DNA of 64,000 nt from Spirochaetales bacterium Spiro_02 (GCA_001604275.1 LVBD01000038.1:17793-81792); one strand, 5' to 3'; counted from the first letter of the stretch, positions 38,715 to 48,383 are shown. Notes: a model not told the origin generated them from the letters alone. A program made the numbers and translations.

Positions 38715-40032
38715 CGTAACAATGGACAAGATTGTTTCTCTTTGCAAGCGTCGCGGATTTATTTTCCAATCGAGCGAAATCTACGGAGGTTTGAACGGCG
38801 CATACGACTACGGTCCATTGGGCGTCCAGTTGAAGAACAATATCCGCGATTTCTGGTGGAAGGAGATGACGCAGCTGCACGATGATATCGTCGGGCTGGA
38901 CGCATCGATCCTGATGCACCCGCGTGTCTGGGAAGCTTCCGGCCATGTGTCGAACTTCACCGACCCGATGGTCGACTGCAAGCAGTGCAAGTCCCGTTTT
39001 CGCGCCGACCAGATCGATCTGTCCGCTCCGTGTCCGGTCTGCGGCGCGAAGGATTCGTTTACTGAGCCTCGCAACTTCAATCTGATGTTCGCCACCCACA
39101 TCGGCGCGAACGCAGATGCGGCGAGCACCATCTATCTGCGGCCGGAGACCGCCCAGGGTATCTATGTCGATTTCAAGAACGTCGTATCGAGCAGCCGCGT
39201 GAAGATTCCGTTCGGCATCGCCCAGATCGGCAAATCGTTCCGCAACGAGATCACGACGAAGAACTTCATTTTCCGTTCCTGCGAGTTCGAGCAGATGGAG
39301 ATGCAGTGGTTCTGCAAGCCGGGAACCGACGAATATTGGTTCCCGTACTGGCGCGAACAGCGCATGGCGTTCTACCACAAGATGGGAATCCATCCGGAGC
39401 ATCTGCGCTGGCATCAGCATGGTCCCGATGAACTTGCCTTCTATGCCAAGGATGCCTACGACATCCAGTTCCTCTTCCCGATGGGCTGGCAGGAACTGGA
39501 GGGGGTGCATAGCCGCACGGACTATGATCTGACCCAGCATCAGACGTTCTCCGGCAAGGACATGTCGTACCTCGACCAGGAGACCAACGAGCGGTACATT
39601 CCGTATGTCGTGGAGACCTCGGCAGGTCTGACCCGCAATGTCCTGATGGCTCTTTCCGATGCCTACGACGAGCAGGAGTTGGAAGGAGGCGACGTCCGGA
39701 CTGTTCTCCATTTCCATCCTGAGATCGCTCCGATCACCGTGGCCGTGCTTCCTCTTGTGAAGAAGGATGGCATCGGCGAATACGCCGACAAGCTGGAGCA
39801 CAAGCTTCGCGAGGATTTCGCCACGTTCTATGACCAAAGCGGCGCTATCGGACGCCGATATCGCCGAATGGACGAGATCGGTACTCCGTATTGCGTGACA
39901 GTCGACTACGATACTCTGAAGGACGATACCGTCACCCTTCGGTTCCGCGATTCAATGGAGCAGGTCCGTGTGTCGGTGAGCGAGCTGGCGGCGCGGATCA
40001 AGCAGGAGAACAAGGCTTACAAGCGAATCTAG
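38707..40032 (+). CDS. glyQS: Glycine--tRNA ligase (dimeric class II, GlyQS type)
   Basis: MDKIVSLCKRRGFIFQSSEIYGGLNGAYDYGPLG N-terminus. 8-nt overlap with gltX. Confidence 0.95.
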   Translation: MADVTMDKIVSLCKRRGFIFQSSEIYGGLNGAYDYGPLGVQLKNNIRDFWWKEMTQLHDDIVGLDASILMHPRVWEASGHVSNFTDPMVDCKQCKSRFRADQIDLSAPCPVCGAKDSFTEPRNFNLMFATHIGANADAASTIYLRPETAQGIYVDFKNVVSSSRVKIPFGIAQIGKSFRNEITTKNFIFRSCEFEQMEMQWFCKPGTDEYWFPYWREQRMAFYHKMGIHPEHLRWHQHGPDELAFYAKDAYDIQFLFPMGWQELEGVHSRTDYDLTQHQTFSGKDMSYLDQETNERYIPYVVETSAGLTRNVLMALSDAYDEQELEGGDVRTVLHFHPEIAPITVAVLPLVKKDGIGEYADKLEHKLREDFATFYDQSGAIGRRYRRMDEIGTPYCVTVDYDTLKDDTVTLRFRDSMEQVRVSVSELAARIKQENKAYKRI

Positions 40033-40042
40033 GGAGTGTTTT

Positions 40043-41296
40043 ATGAACAAGGCTTTGCAGGTCCTGATGGACCGGGGTTTTATCAATAACTGTACTGACT
40101 GGGACGGTTTGTCCGCGCTGATGGATGAGGGACCGGTCACGTTCTATGTCGGGGTGGATCCGACAGGGCCAAGCCTCCATATCGGCCATATGGTGCCGTT
40201 TTTCGCGATGCATCATCTGCAACTGGCGGGGCACAATCCGATCGCTCTTGTCGGAGGCGGCACCGGAATGATCGGCGATCCGTCGGGCAAGACCGAAATG
40301 CGCAAGATCCTGACGCTCGAACAGATCCAGGACAACTGCGTCCACATCAAGGAACAGCTCGGGACTGTCGTGGATTTCTCTCCGAACCCGCCTGCAGGGG
40401 TAGGGCATGCGGTGATGATGAACAACGCCGACTGGTTGGTGGACTTGAACTACATCCAGTTCCTCCGGGACATCGGTCGCTATTTTTCCGTGAACAGGAT
40501 GCTGACGTTCGAAGGTGTCAAGCAACGGCTGGAACGCGGACTGTCCTTCATCGAGTTCAACTATCAGCTACTTCAGAGCTACGACTTCTATATGCTCAAC
40601 AAGAACACCGGTTGCCGTCTGCAGATGGGTGGCGCCGACCAGTGGGGCAATATCGTCGCTGGAATCGATCTGATCTGCCGGATGGACGGTCCCCAATGTT
40701 ATGGGCTGACGTTCAACCTGATCATGCGTTCCGACGGCAAGAAGATGGGCAAGAGCGAGAAAGGCGCGGTATTCTTGAATCCTCGGATGTACTCGCCGTA
40801 CGATTTTTTCCAGTATTGGAGGAATGTCACCGACGACGATGTCATCCGGTTCATGAAGATCTTTACGTTCCTGTCGCTTGAGGAGATCGCGGAATACGCC
40901 GATCCTCAGCGCAACATCAACGATGCGAAGGAACGACTTGCCTACGAGCAGACGAAGATCGTCCATGGCGAGGAGGAGGCGGAGAAGGCCCTGTCCGCCG
41001 CTCGTGCGATGTTCAGCGGTTCCGGTGCCGCCGCCGACCGCGAGGGCATGCCGTCGATCGAGATACCGTTGACGAGTCTCGAGGATGGAATCGGCGTGCT
41101 GAGTTTGTTCTCGATGACCGATTTGTGCGCGACGAACAGCGATGCGCGCCGCTTGGTGACGCAAGGCGGCGCGATGGTCAACGACCGGAAGGTCGAGGAC
41201 CCGAAGGCGGTGATCGACGCGAGCTGGCTCGACGATCATGGCGAAATGGTGCTGAAGGCGGGGAAGAAGCGGTATTTCCGGGTAGTGCCGAAATAG
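40043..41296 (+). CDS. tyrS: Tyrosine--tRNA ligase
   Basis: GVDPTGPSLHIGH (HIGH motif), KMGKS, and a C-terminal S4-like domain. Confidence 0.95.
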   Translation: MNKALQVLMDRGFINNCTDWDGLSALMDEGPVTFYVGVDPTGPSLHIGHMVPFFAMHHLQLAGHNPIALVGGGTGMIGDPSGKTEMRKILTLEQIQDNCVHIKEQLGTVVDFSPNPPAGVGHAVMMNNADWLVDLNYIQFLRDIGRYFSVNRMLTFEGVKQRLERGLSFIEFNYQLLQSYDFYMLNKNTGCRLQMGGADQWGNIVAGIDLICRMDGPQCYGLTFNLIMRSDGKKMGKSEKGAVFLNPRMYSPYDFFQYWRNVTDDDVIRFMKIFTFLSLEEIAEYADPQRNINDAKERLAYEQTKIVHGEEEAEKALSAARAMFSGSGAAADREGMPSIEIPLTSLEDGIGVLSLFSMTDLCATNSDARRLVTQGGAMVNDRKVEDPKAVIDASWLDDHGEMVLKAGKKRYFRVVPK

Positions 41297-41313
41297 CTTC
41301 CGTACGGATGTTC

Positions 41314-41347
41314 AGCGGGCGGTCTTTCGGTCGCTCGCTTTGATTTT
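41314..41347 (+). terminator. Terminator candidate after tyrS
   Basis: AGCGGGCGG...TCGCTCGCT hairpin (with G-U pairs) followed by TTGATTTT. Confidence 0.4.
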
Positions 41348-41415
41348 GGAGGCATGGTCTTGCGTCCATGCCATTGGTCGCCGTCGCGAGATCGGCGATC
41401 TGGAGGTAATGCAAC

Positions 41416-42408
41416 ATGAAAAGAACGATACGAATTCTGCTGACCATGATGGTCATGCTGTCGCTTTCCGGGCTCCTGTTCGCCCAGGCTTCCTATGAAC
41501 AGCGTCGAGCTGCGGATGAAGGCTCCGTAACCGTCAAACTCGCCGTCATGCAGGGGCCGACCGGCTTCAGCAGTGTCGGCTTGTCGCGCAATGGCGGAAA
41601 GGTTTCCGAGAATGTGACTGTAGAGCTGTCGGTATTCCCCTCACCGACCGAGGTAATCGCGCGCCTGACCAACGGCGAACTCGATATGGCTGCGTTGCCG
41701 TCCAATACCGCGGCGATCCTGTATAACAAGGGTGTCGGTGTCAAGGCCGCCGCAGTGGTGGGGGAAGGCATGCTCAGCGTGCTGAGTACCGATCCTTCCG
41801 TCCAGTCCGTTTCCGATCTGGTCGGTGCGACTGTCTCGGTTCCCGGGGCGAACGGGACTCCCGACCAAATGGCCAGGATGCTGATCGCCGCCGCCGGGCT
41901 GGTCGTCGACAAGGACGTGATGTTGGATTATTCGGTTTCGGCTCCCGCCCAATTGGCTCAGATGGTCATAGGTGGCAAGAAATCCATCGCGATTCTTCCC
42001 GAGCCGTTCGTCACGATGGTCATGAAGCAGAATCCGAGCGTCAAGGTCGTCGCCGATGTCCAGCGGCTCTGGAGCGAAGTGACCGGAGCGGGCAATTATC
42101 CGATGTCCGTACTGGTCGTCTCCGATGCGTTCCGCTCCAAGTACCCCTATGCATGGAAGCAGGTGCTTTCAGCTTACGAAGATTCAGTCGCTTGGGTGAA
42201 CGCGTCTCCTGCGGACGCCGGTGCGGCGATCGAGGCGGTGGGAATCATGAAGGCCGCAATGGCTGTTCCCGCCATCCCCAATTGCGCTTTGGTTTTCAGA
42301 ACCGCTCAGGATGCGAAGGCTGACATGGACACGTACTTCAAGACGTTGTTTGATTTCAGTCCAAGCGCCATTGGAGGAAAGTTGCCTGATGAGGCTTTCT
42401 ACCTCTAG
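41416..42408 (+). CDS. ABC transporter substrate-binding protein (NMT1/THI5-like, NitT/TauT family)
   Basis: Signal peptide. It is linked to an SsuC-like permease and an SsuB-like ATPase. Confidence 0.78.
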   Translation: MKRTIRILLTMMVMLSLSGLLFAQASYEQRRAADEGSVTVKLAVMQGPTGFSSVGLSRNGGKVSENVTVELSVFPSPTEVIARLTNGELDMAALPSNTAAILYNKGVGVKAAAVVGEGMLSVLSTDPSVQSVSDLVGATVSVPGANGTPDQMARMLIAAAGLVVDKDVMLDYSVSAPAQLAQMVIGGKKSIAILPEPFVTMVMKQNPSVKVVADVQRLWSEVTGAGNYPMSVLVVSDAFRSKYPYAWKQVLSAYEDSVAWVNASPADAGAAIEAVGIMKAAMAVPAIPNCALVFRTAQDAKADMDTYFKTLFDFSPSAIGGKLPDEAFYL

Positions 42409-43234
42409 CCCGCGCCCGGATTCCAATTCGATTCACTGTTCGAAAGACCGGCAATGGCCGCGACATCTGGCTGTCGCGGCCTCTTGTGCGCTATTGCTCT
42501 GTCTCTGGCAGCTTGGAGCGGTGCTGGTCGATGCTCGAATCATTCTTCCCGGGCCGGGGACGGTGCTTGCTTCCCTGGTCGGGTTGATATCCGCCCCTCC
42601 TTTCTCCTTGAACGTGGGGATGACCGTTGCGCGAGCACTGGAAAGTTTTCTCATCATCGTGGTATCAGGAACCCTGCTTGGTCTGCTCGCAGGGTTTTTT
42701 CCTGTATTCCAGGCGGCGATGAGTCCTCTCTTGACCGTGTTGAAAGCAACTCCGGTCATGAGTGTGATTTTATTGGCGTTCATCTGGTTTTCCAGCGGGA
42801 CAGTGCCGATTTTTTCTGCATTTCTGATGGGGTTCCCGATCATGTTCATCCAGATAGCTCAATCCGTGGCAGGCATGGATCCTGCGTTGGAGCAGATGTG
42901 TCGGATCTATGGTTTCTCACCGTCGCTGCGGCTTCGGCATTATGTGCTTCCTTCGTTGTTGCCGGCGCTCGTTACCGGTGCCCGCCTGACTTTGTCGATG
43001 GTCTGGAAGGTCGTCGTCGCCGCCGAGGTTCTGACCGTGCCGCGTCATGGCATCGGCAGCAGGCTCCAGATGGCTCAGGTAAATCTGGAAACTTCAGATG
43101 TCCTTGCCTGGACGCTCGTTGCGGTTCTGCTCACTGCGTTGGGCGATTTGTTCTTCGATGTGTTGCTTGTAACAGGAAGACGTCTTGCTCTCTTTCGCGC
43201 ACGTCGTACTGTTCCGAGCAGGAGAGGGGAGTGA
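42389..43234 (+). CDS. ABC transporter permease (NitT/TauT family)
   Basis: Six TM segments and the EAA-loop-like ALEQMCRIYGFSPSLRLRHYVLPSLLP. The ORF is trimmed to the ATG at 42389 (GGAGGA upstream). Confidence 0.85.
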   Translation: MRLSTSSPRPDSNSIHCSKDRQWPRHLAVAASCALLLCLWQLGAVLVDARIILPGPGTVLASLVGLISAPPFSLNVGMTVARALESFLIIVVSGTLLGLLAGFFPVFQAAMSPLLTVLKATPVMSVILLAFIWFSSGTVPIFSAFLMGFPIMFIQIAQSVAGMDPALEQMCRIYGFSPSLRLRHYVLPSLLPALVTGARLTLSMVWKVVVAAEVLTVPRHGIGSRLQMAQVNLETSDVLAWTLVAVLLTALGDLFFDVLLVTGRRLALFRARRTVPSRRGE

Positions 43235-43235
43235 C

Positions 43236-44003
43236 ATGCGCATCACCCATCTGACGAAATCCTACTACAGCGCCGACGCCGGTGCCTGCGTTCCGGTGTT
43301 CCACGATTTTTCGCTGTCGATTCCGGTTCAAAGCATCATGGTCATCACGGGGCCGTCCGGTTGTGGAAAAACGACGTTGCTGCATCTTGTGGCCGGACTG
43401 ACTGCGCCTGACAGCGGTTCCATCGTGCGTGAACCCAGCGAGACCGGTGCTGTCAGCTACCTGTTCCAGGAGCCGCGGCTCCTGCCGTGGCGCAATGTAT
43501 TCACCAATGTCGAGCTGCCGTTGCGAACCTCGATGCCTGACAAGGGAGAGCGAGATGCGAAGGTTCTTCGCTTCCTTTCGTTGGTCGGTTTGTCCGGCTA
43601 TGAAGCGTATCTGCCGTCGGAACTGTCGGGGGGGATGCGTCAGCGGGTCGCGATCGCCCGGGCATTCGCCTATCCGTCGAAACTCATCCTGCTGGATGAG
43701 CCGTTCCAGAGTCTCGACGTGAAGCTTCGTCATGAACTGCTCCAAGCGTTCCTGTCCCTCTGGGGAGAGGAACGACGGACGACATTGTATGTGACGCACG
43801 ATATTCCGGAAGCTGTTCTGGCCGCCGATCATGTCTGTAGGCTCGACGGGCCGCCTGCGACTGTCGCCGATCAGTTTCCAATCCCTATCCCGCGGATGAA
43901 TCGCGTTCCCGGTTCTCCTGCACTATCCCAGTTTGAAGCTCGTCTATACGACGGACTCACCCGCCCTGGGATGGCGCAAGGTGCGCAGGGGAGCTCAACG
44001 TAG
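43236..44003 (+). CDS. ABC transporter ATP-binding protein (NitT/TauT family)
   Basis: Walker A GPSGCGKTT, signature LSGGMRQR, Walker B ILLDEP. The start is 1 nt after the permease stop. Confidence 0.9.
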   Translation: MRITHLTKSYYSADAGACVPVFHDFSLSIPVQSIMVITGPSGCGKTTLLHLVAGLTAPDSGSIVREPSETGAVSYLFQEPRLLPWRNVFTNVELPLRTSMPDKGERDAKVLRFLSLVGLSGYEAYLPSELSGGMRQRVAIARAFAYPSKLILLDEPFQSLDVKLRHELLQAFLSLWGEERRTTLYVTHDIPEAVLAADHVCRLDGPPATVADQFPIPIPRMNRVPGSPALSQFEARLYDGLTRPGMAQGAQGSST

Positions 44004-44047
44004 TTGTACGGATGGGATCATGCAGGAGCGCGACGCATACCTGCCGA

Positions 44048-44107
44048 GACCCTGCAATGACCCCGCAATGACCCCGCAATGACCCCGCAATGACCCCGCA
44101 ATGACCC
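44048..44107. repeat. Tandem repeat, 11-bp unit GACCC(C/T)GCAAT x 5.5
   Basis: There are five full units from 44048 to 44102 plus a partial unit to 44107. The first unit has T at the variable position and the rest are identical. The repeat lies between the convergent ABC ATPase and gdhA stops. Confidence 0.95.
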
Positions 44108-44111
44108 TTAC

Positions 44112-45473
44112 TTATACATAGCCTTGGGCGACCATGGCGTCGGCGACCTTGAGGAAGCCCGCGATATTGGCACCGTCGACGAAGTCTCCTTTTCTACTAT
44201 ACGTTTCGGCCGCGGTGCTAATATTCGCATAGATGTTCTTCATGATCTTGAGCAGATACGCATCGACTTCTTTCGGCGTCCATTGCAGGCGACTGCTGTT
44301 CTGCGCCATCTCAAGGCCCGATACCGCGACCCCGCCGGCATTTGCCGCCTTTGCAGGAGCGAAAAGGACTCCTGCGTCGCGAAACAGATCGAGCGCAGCG
44401 GCTGAAGTAGGCATGTTCGCACCTTCCGCTACCAACTTGATCTTGTTTTCCAGCAGATGCTTCGCATCCAGTTCGTTGATTTCATTCTGTGTGGCGCAAG
44501 GAAATGCATAGTCCGCAGGAACACTCCACAGGGGATTGCTCGTCTCCGCGCCGTTGTGAGGCAAGTATGTGCATCCGGGGAACTGCTTCGCATATTCTGA
44601 GATTCTGCCGCGCCTGACATTTTTCAAAGCCTTCACCCATGCCAGTTTCTTGTCGTCGATACCGGCGGGGTCATGGAGCACTCCGGACGAATCGGAAAGC
44701 GTGACGACTTTCGCTCCCAGCTGATTGAGCTTTTCCACCGTATATTGCGCGACATTTCCGCTTCCGCTGACCAAGCAGGTCCTGCCTTCGAATCCCATTC
44801 CGGCTCCCTCAAGAATCGCACCTGCGAGGTATACCAGCCCATAGCCGGTCGCTTCCGGCCTGATGAAAGAGCCGCCCCATGCAGGACCTTTCCCGGTAAG
44901 CACGCCGACGAACTTGTTGTTCAGACGTTTGTATTGTCCGAACATGTAGCCGATCTCCCGACCTCCGACACCGATGTCCCCAGCAGGTACATCGGTATCC
45001 TCTCCGATATGCCGCGAGAGTTCAGTCATGTAACTCTGGCAGAATCGCATCACTTCATGGTCGCTCTTGCCTTTCGGATCGAAGTCGCATCCACCTTTCC
45101 CGCCCCCCATCGACAGACCTGTCAGGCTATTCTTGAACACCTGTTCGAACGCAAGGAATTTCATGATCGAGAGGTTGACGGAAGGGTGGAAGCGCAAGCC
45201 CCCCTTATAGGGACCGATCGCACTGTTCATCTGCACTCTGTATCCCCGGTTGATCTGGAGGGTTCCGTCATCATCCATCCAGGGAACCCGGAACATCACC
45301 ACTCGCTCCGGCTCCACGAGCCGCTCAAGCACTTTGTCAAAGACAATGTCGGGAATGTCGTCGACGATCTTGTCGACCGACGTCATGAATTCCGTAACCG
45401 CTTGATGAAATTCGTGCTGCTCTGGATCCTGCCTGCGGACATGATCGATGATTCCTGCCGTAACTGTGTGCAT
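44112..45473 (-). CDS. gdhA: NADP-specific glutamate dehydrogenase
   Basis: Has GGGKGGCDFDPKGKS, GPAWGGSFIRPEATGYG and the Rossmann motif VSGSGNVA. 453 aa. Confidence 0.95.
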   Translation of the reverse strand: MHTVTAGIIDHVRRQDPEQHEFHQAVTEFMTSVDKIVDDIPDIVFDKVLERLVEPERVVMFRVPWMDDDGTLQINRGYRVQMNSAIGPYKGGLRFHPSVNLSIMKFLAFEQVFKNSLTGLSMGGGKGGCDFDPKGKSDHEVMRFCQSYMTELSRHIGEDTDVPAGDIGVGGREIGYMFGQYKRLNNKFVGVLTGKGPAWGGSFIRPEATGYGLVYLAGAILEGAGMGFEGRTCLVSGSGNVAQYTVEKLNQLGAKVVTLSDSSGVLHDPAGIDDKKLAWVKALKNVRRGRISEYAKQFPGCTYLPHNGAETSNPLWSVPADYAFPCATQNEINELDAKHLLENKIKLVAEGANMPTSAAALDLFRDAGVLFAPAKAANAGGVAVSGLEMAQNSSRLQWTPKEVDAYLLKIMKNIYANISTAAETYSRKGDFVDGANIAGFLKVADAMVAQGYV

Positions 45474-45871
45474 GATGGTACTCCTTCTCTCTTGATTCCC
45501 TCCGCCGCACGCCGTTGCATGTCCTACTGGAAGCCTGATCCCTTCAGGAAAGAGGCGTTTCGTTCATGCGGTCCGTGGAATTTCACTATCTTGGCTTCGT
45601 TCGCGACCTGCATGCCGTGCGCCATGCACCTTCCGAGGGCCTGGAAGCCATTGCCACGACTATATCTATTCCCGAGAAATTGGTAAAGCGTTGCAGAATC
45701 GCGAAAAATGGAAGTATGAAACTGAGGCAATCCCAAAAAACATGGATTTCCAAAGCATTCTTGTATCCATTTGCCGAAATGCTCAACCAGGAAACCGCGT
45801 ATTGCGGGAACCTAAAAGAATCAAGATATGCAAAAAATATGTATAAAAATGCAGGAAGTTTGCATGAATGT

Positions 45872-45906
45872 TGCATCTGCTCCGGTGGAAAGACGGAACA
45901 GATGCA
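45872..45906 (-). terminator. Long hairpin 21 nt downstream of the mtnA stop (no U-tract)
   Basis: TGCATCTGCTCCG / CGGAACAGATGCA, a 13-bp stem with one mismatch and a 9-nt loop. Confidence 0.35.
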
Positions 45907-45926
45907 GCCGATGCCGGACGGGGGAA

Positions 45927-46997
45927 TCAGTTCCCCAATGCGATTCCCTTGCGGATCTTCTCGATATTCTCGTTGAACGGGGGGCGGATGATGCCCAACT
46001 CGGTAATGATGCCGGTAATGTTCTGATGCGGGGTTACGTCGAAACTCGGATTGTAGACCTCGATTCCCTCCGGAGCCACCTGCACTCCGCCCGGATGCGT
46101 CACTTCTTTCGGATCTCGTTCCTCGATCGGTATCTGCTCGCCGCTCTCGATCGAAAAGTCGATCGTCGAGACCGGCACGACGCTATAGAACGGTACTCCG
46201 TACTCCTTGCAGATGACCGAAAGCGCGAATGTTCCGAGCTTGTTCGCTACATCACCGTTCGCCGCCACACGATCTCCTCCAAGCATCACGAGATCGACCT
46301 TTCCGTCCCTGATCAACGTGGCGGCCGCACTATCCGGAATCAGTTTCGCCGGAATGCCCGCCTGGACCAGCTCCCAAGCGGTGAGCCGGGCTCCCTGGAA
46401 ACGCGGTCGCGTTTCATCGGCATAGACGAAGATGTCCTTTCCGTCGTAGAACGCCTGCTTGATCACTCCCAGGGCGGTGCCCCAGCCTGCTGTGGCCAGA
46501 GCTCCGGCATTGCAGTGAGTAAGGATCGTCGCTCCACGGGGAATGACAGACACGCCGATCTTCGCCATCCGTTTGTTCACCGCGATATCCTCGCTCCTGA
46601 TGGCATCGGCTTCCCGTTTCAGCACCTTCAGCATGTCCGCAGAATCTTTCCAGACCTCTTTCGACAGTGTCTGCTTCATCCTATCGATCGCCCATGCAAG
46701 GTTGACCGCCGTTGGACGTGATTCGTTAAGGAACCGACAGGCTTCTTCCATGCGCGAGGCGAACTTGCCGTGATCGGTTTCATAGTCCGACGCATACTCC
46801 TTCGCTGCGAGGAGCACCCCGTATGCAGCGGCAGCCCCGATCGCAGGCGCTCCCCGGACTACCATGTCCCGGATTGCGAATTCGACGTCGCGAAAATCCT
46901 TGCAGATGAAAATTTCAAAGGATACCGGCAGCAACCTTTGGTCGATCAGCCAGAGCGTGTCGTCCTTGTATTCCAGCGTAATGAATGTCTCGTCCAT
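45927..46997 (-). CDS. mtnA: S-methyl-5-thioribose-1-phosphate isomerase
   Basis: The eIF-2B-like fold has LWLIDQRLLP, VRGAPAIGAAAAYG and THCNAGALAT. The ORF is trimmed to MDETFITLEY. Confidence 0.9.
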   Translation of the reverse strand: MDETFITLEYKDDTLWLIDQRLLPVSFEIFICKDFRDVEFAIRDMVVRGAPAIGAAAAYGVLLAAKEYASDYETDHGKFASRMEEACRFLNESRPTAVNLAWAIDRMKQTLSKEVWKDSADMLKVLKREADAIRSEDIAVNKRMAKIGVSVIPRGATILTHCNAGALATAGWGTALGVIKQAFYDGKDIFVYADETRPRFQGARLTAWELVQAGIPAKLIPDSAAATLIRDGKVDLVMLGGDRVAANGDVANKLGTFALSVICKEYGVPFYSVVPVSTIDFSIESGEQIPIEERDPKEVTHPGGVQVAPEGIEVYNPSFDVTPHQNITGIITELGIIRPPFNENIEKIRKGIALGN

Positions 46998-47032
46998 GTC
47001 GTCTCCATCCTGTCGAAATGTAGTTGTGCCCG

Positions 47033-48325
47033 TCAGGCCCTTGTCAGGATATCCTTCCAGCACAGTTCTGTCTTCCGCATCGCTTCCGTTTCCTCTATCG
47101 TGGTCAATCGTCTGTTTTGCATCAGAAGCCTGCCCTGGCAGAACACGGTATCCACGTCGGAAGCCTGGGCGCTGAACACAAGCGCAGAAAACGGATTGTT
47201 CAGCGGGGTCATATGGCTTTTTTTCGTGTCGACGAGGATCAGGTCGGCATCCTTTCCCGCCTCCAGCGTCCCGATCCGGTCGTCGAGGCCAAGCACTTCG
47301 GCTCCACCCGCGGTCGCCATTCTGACCGTGTCGTATGGCGTGAGAGCCATGGTATTTCCGGTGGACACTGTGCAGAGCAGCGACGCGATATGCATCTCTT
47401 CAATAAGATTGAGGTTATTGTTACTGCTTGCGCCGTCGGTACCGAGCGCCAAGGGGATTCCCGCCTGTCTGATTTTGGCTATCGGGGCGATTCCGCTTGC
47501 CAGCTTACAGTTGCTGGTGGGGTTGTGGACGATCCCGATATCGTATGCAGTGAACCGGCTCAGTTCCGCATCGGTGCTGTGGACGCAATGGGCGAGGTAG
47601 GTTCTGATATCATCGAAGCATCCGATCGAAGCCAGATAGTCTCCCGGTGTTCGGTTGAATCGGGATATGGAATCCTGTACTTCCTTGTCCGTTTCGCTGA
47701 GATGAGTATGCATCGCCGTCTTGTTCGCTTTCGCATAGTCATGGGCGTAACGGTAGGTGGCGGTGGAACATGTATAGATCGCATGGGGGGCGATATCGAC
47801 CCTGATCCTGCCGTTTGATTGTGCGGCGACGGCCTCCATGAGAGGTCCCCGTTCCTGGACCCGACGGCGGCTGTCCTCGACATCTCCGAACAGTGTCAGT
47901 CCAAGACAGGCCCGCACACCTGATTCGACGACCGCCTTTCCTGTTTCGTGTGCGAAGAAGTACATGTCGGCGAATGTCGTCGTTCCTCCCTTGATCAGTT
48001 CTGCGATCCCGAGGTCCGAAACGATCCTGATATCCGATGCCGTCAACTTGTCTTCGATGGGAAATATTTCGCCGAGCCAATCCTGAAGATTCGCGCATGT
48101 GTCCTTGTAGTTGCGCATCAACTCCATGCTGAGATGCGTGTGGGCGTTCACCAGCGATGGCATGGCGATCATGCCGGTTCCGTCCAGCACAGTATCGGGA
48201 ACGAACGACTTGTCCGCCGATCCTACGAACGCGATTCTTGTTCCGTCTATACCGATGTCGCCCTGCAGCGACAGATCCCGTTCCGTCATCGGGATGATGA
48301 GAACGTTCTTGATGAGTGTCTTCAT
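47033..48325 (-). CDS. mtaD: 5-methylthioadenosine/S-adenosylhomocysteine deaminase
   Basis: Amidohydrolase with SLVNAHTHLSM, HTHLSET and LGTDGASSNN. The ORF is trimmed to MKTLIKNVLIIPM. Confidence 0.88.
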   Translation of the reverse strand: MKTLIKNVLIIPMTERDLSLQGDIGIDGTRIAFVGSADKSFVPDTVLDGTGMIAMPSLVNAHTHLSMELMRNYKDTCANLQDWLGEIFPIEDKLTASDIRIVSDLGIAELIKGGTTTFADMYFFAHETGKAVVESGVRACLGLTLFGDVEDSRRRVQERGPLMEAVAAQSNGRIRVDIAPHAIYTCSTATYRYAHDYAKANKTAMHTHLSETDKEVQDSISRFNRTPGDYLASIGCFDDIRTYLAHCVHSTDAELSRFTAYDIGIVHNPTSNCKLASGIAPIAKIRQAGIPLALGTDGASSNNNLNLIEEMHIASLLCTVSTGNTMALTPYDTVRMATAGGAEVLGLDDRIGTLEAGKDADLILVDTKKSHMTPLNNPFSALVFSAQASDVDTVFCQGRLLMQNRRLTTIEETEAMRKTELCWKDILTRA

Positions 48326-48383
48326 GAGAACAAGTGTACCACGTCCCCCGCGTCCTGTCACGCCGTCGGAACGGAGGGGCGAT

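Noticed and set aside
41297-41415. A TPP riboswitch expected upstream of the NMT1/THI5-like ABC binding protein.
   Set aside because: The CUGAGA and ACCTGATCTGGATAATGCCAGCG-type conserved cores are absent on either strand. Only a terminator-like hairpin and a short GGCATGG/CCATGCC stem are present.
44048-44107. The tandem 11-mer considered as a possible CRISPR array or coding repeat.
   Set aside because: The units are directly adjacent with no spacers. The unit is far shorter than CRISPR repeats, no cas genes are present, and 11 bp is not divisible by 3. It is kept only as a non-coding tandem repeat.
45642-45654. The sigma54-like element TGGAAGCCATTGC.
   Set aside because: The GG-to-GC spacing is two nucleotides shorter than the -24/-12 consensus. 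The element is also on the plus strand, with no plus-strand gene downstream.
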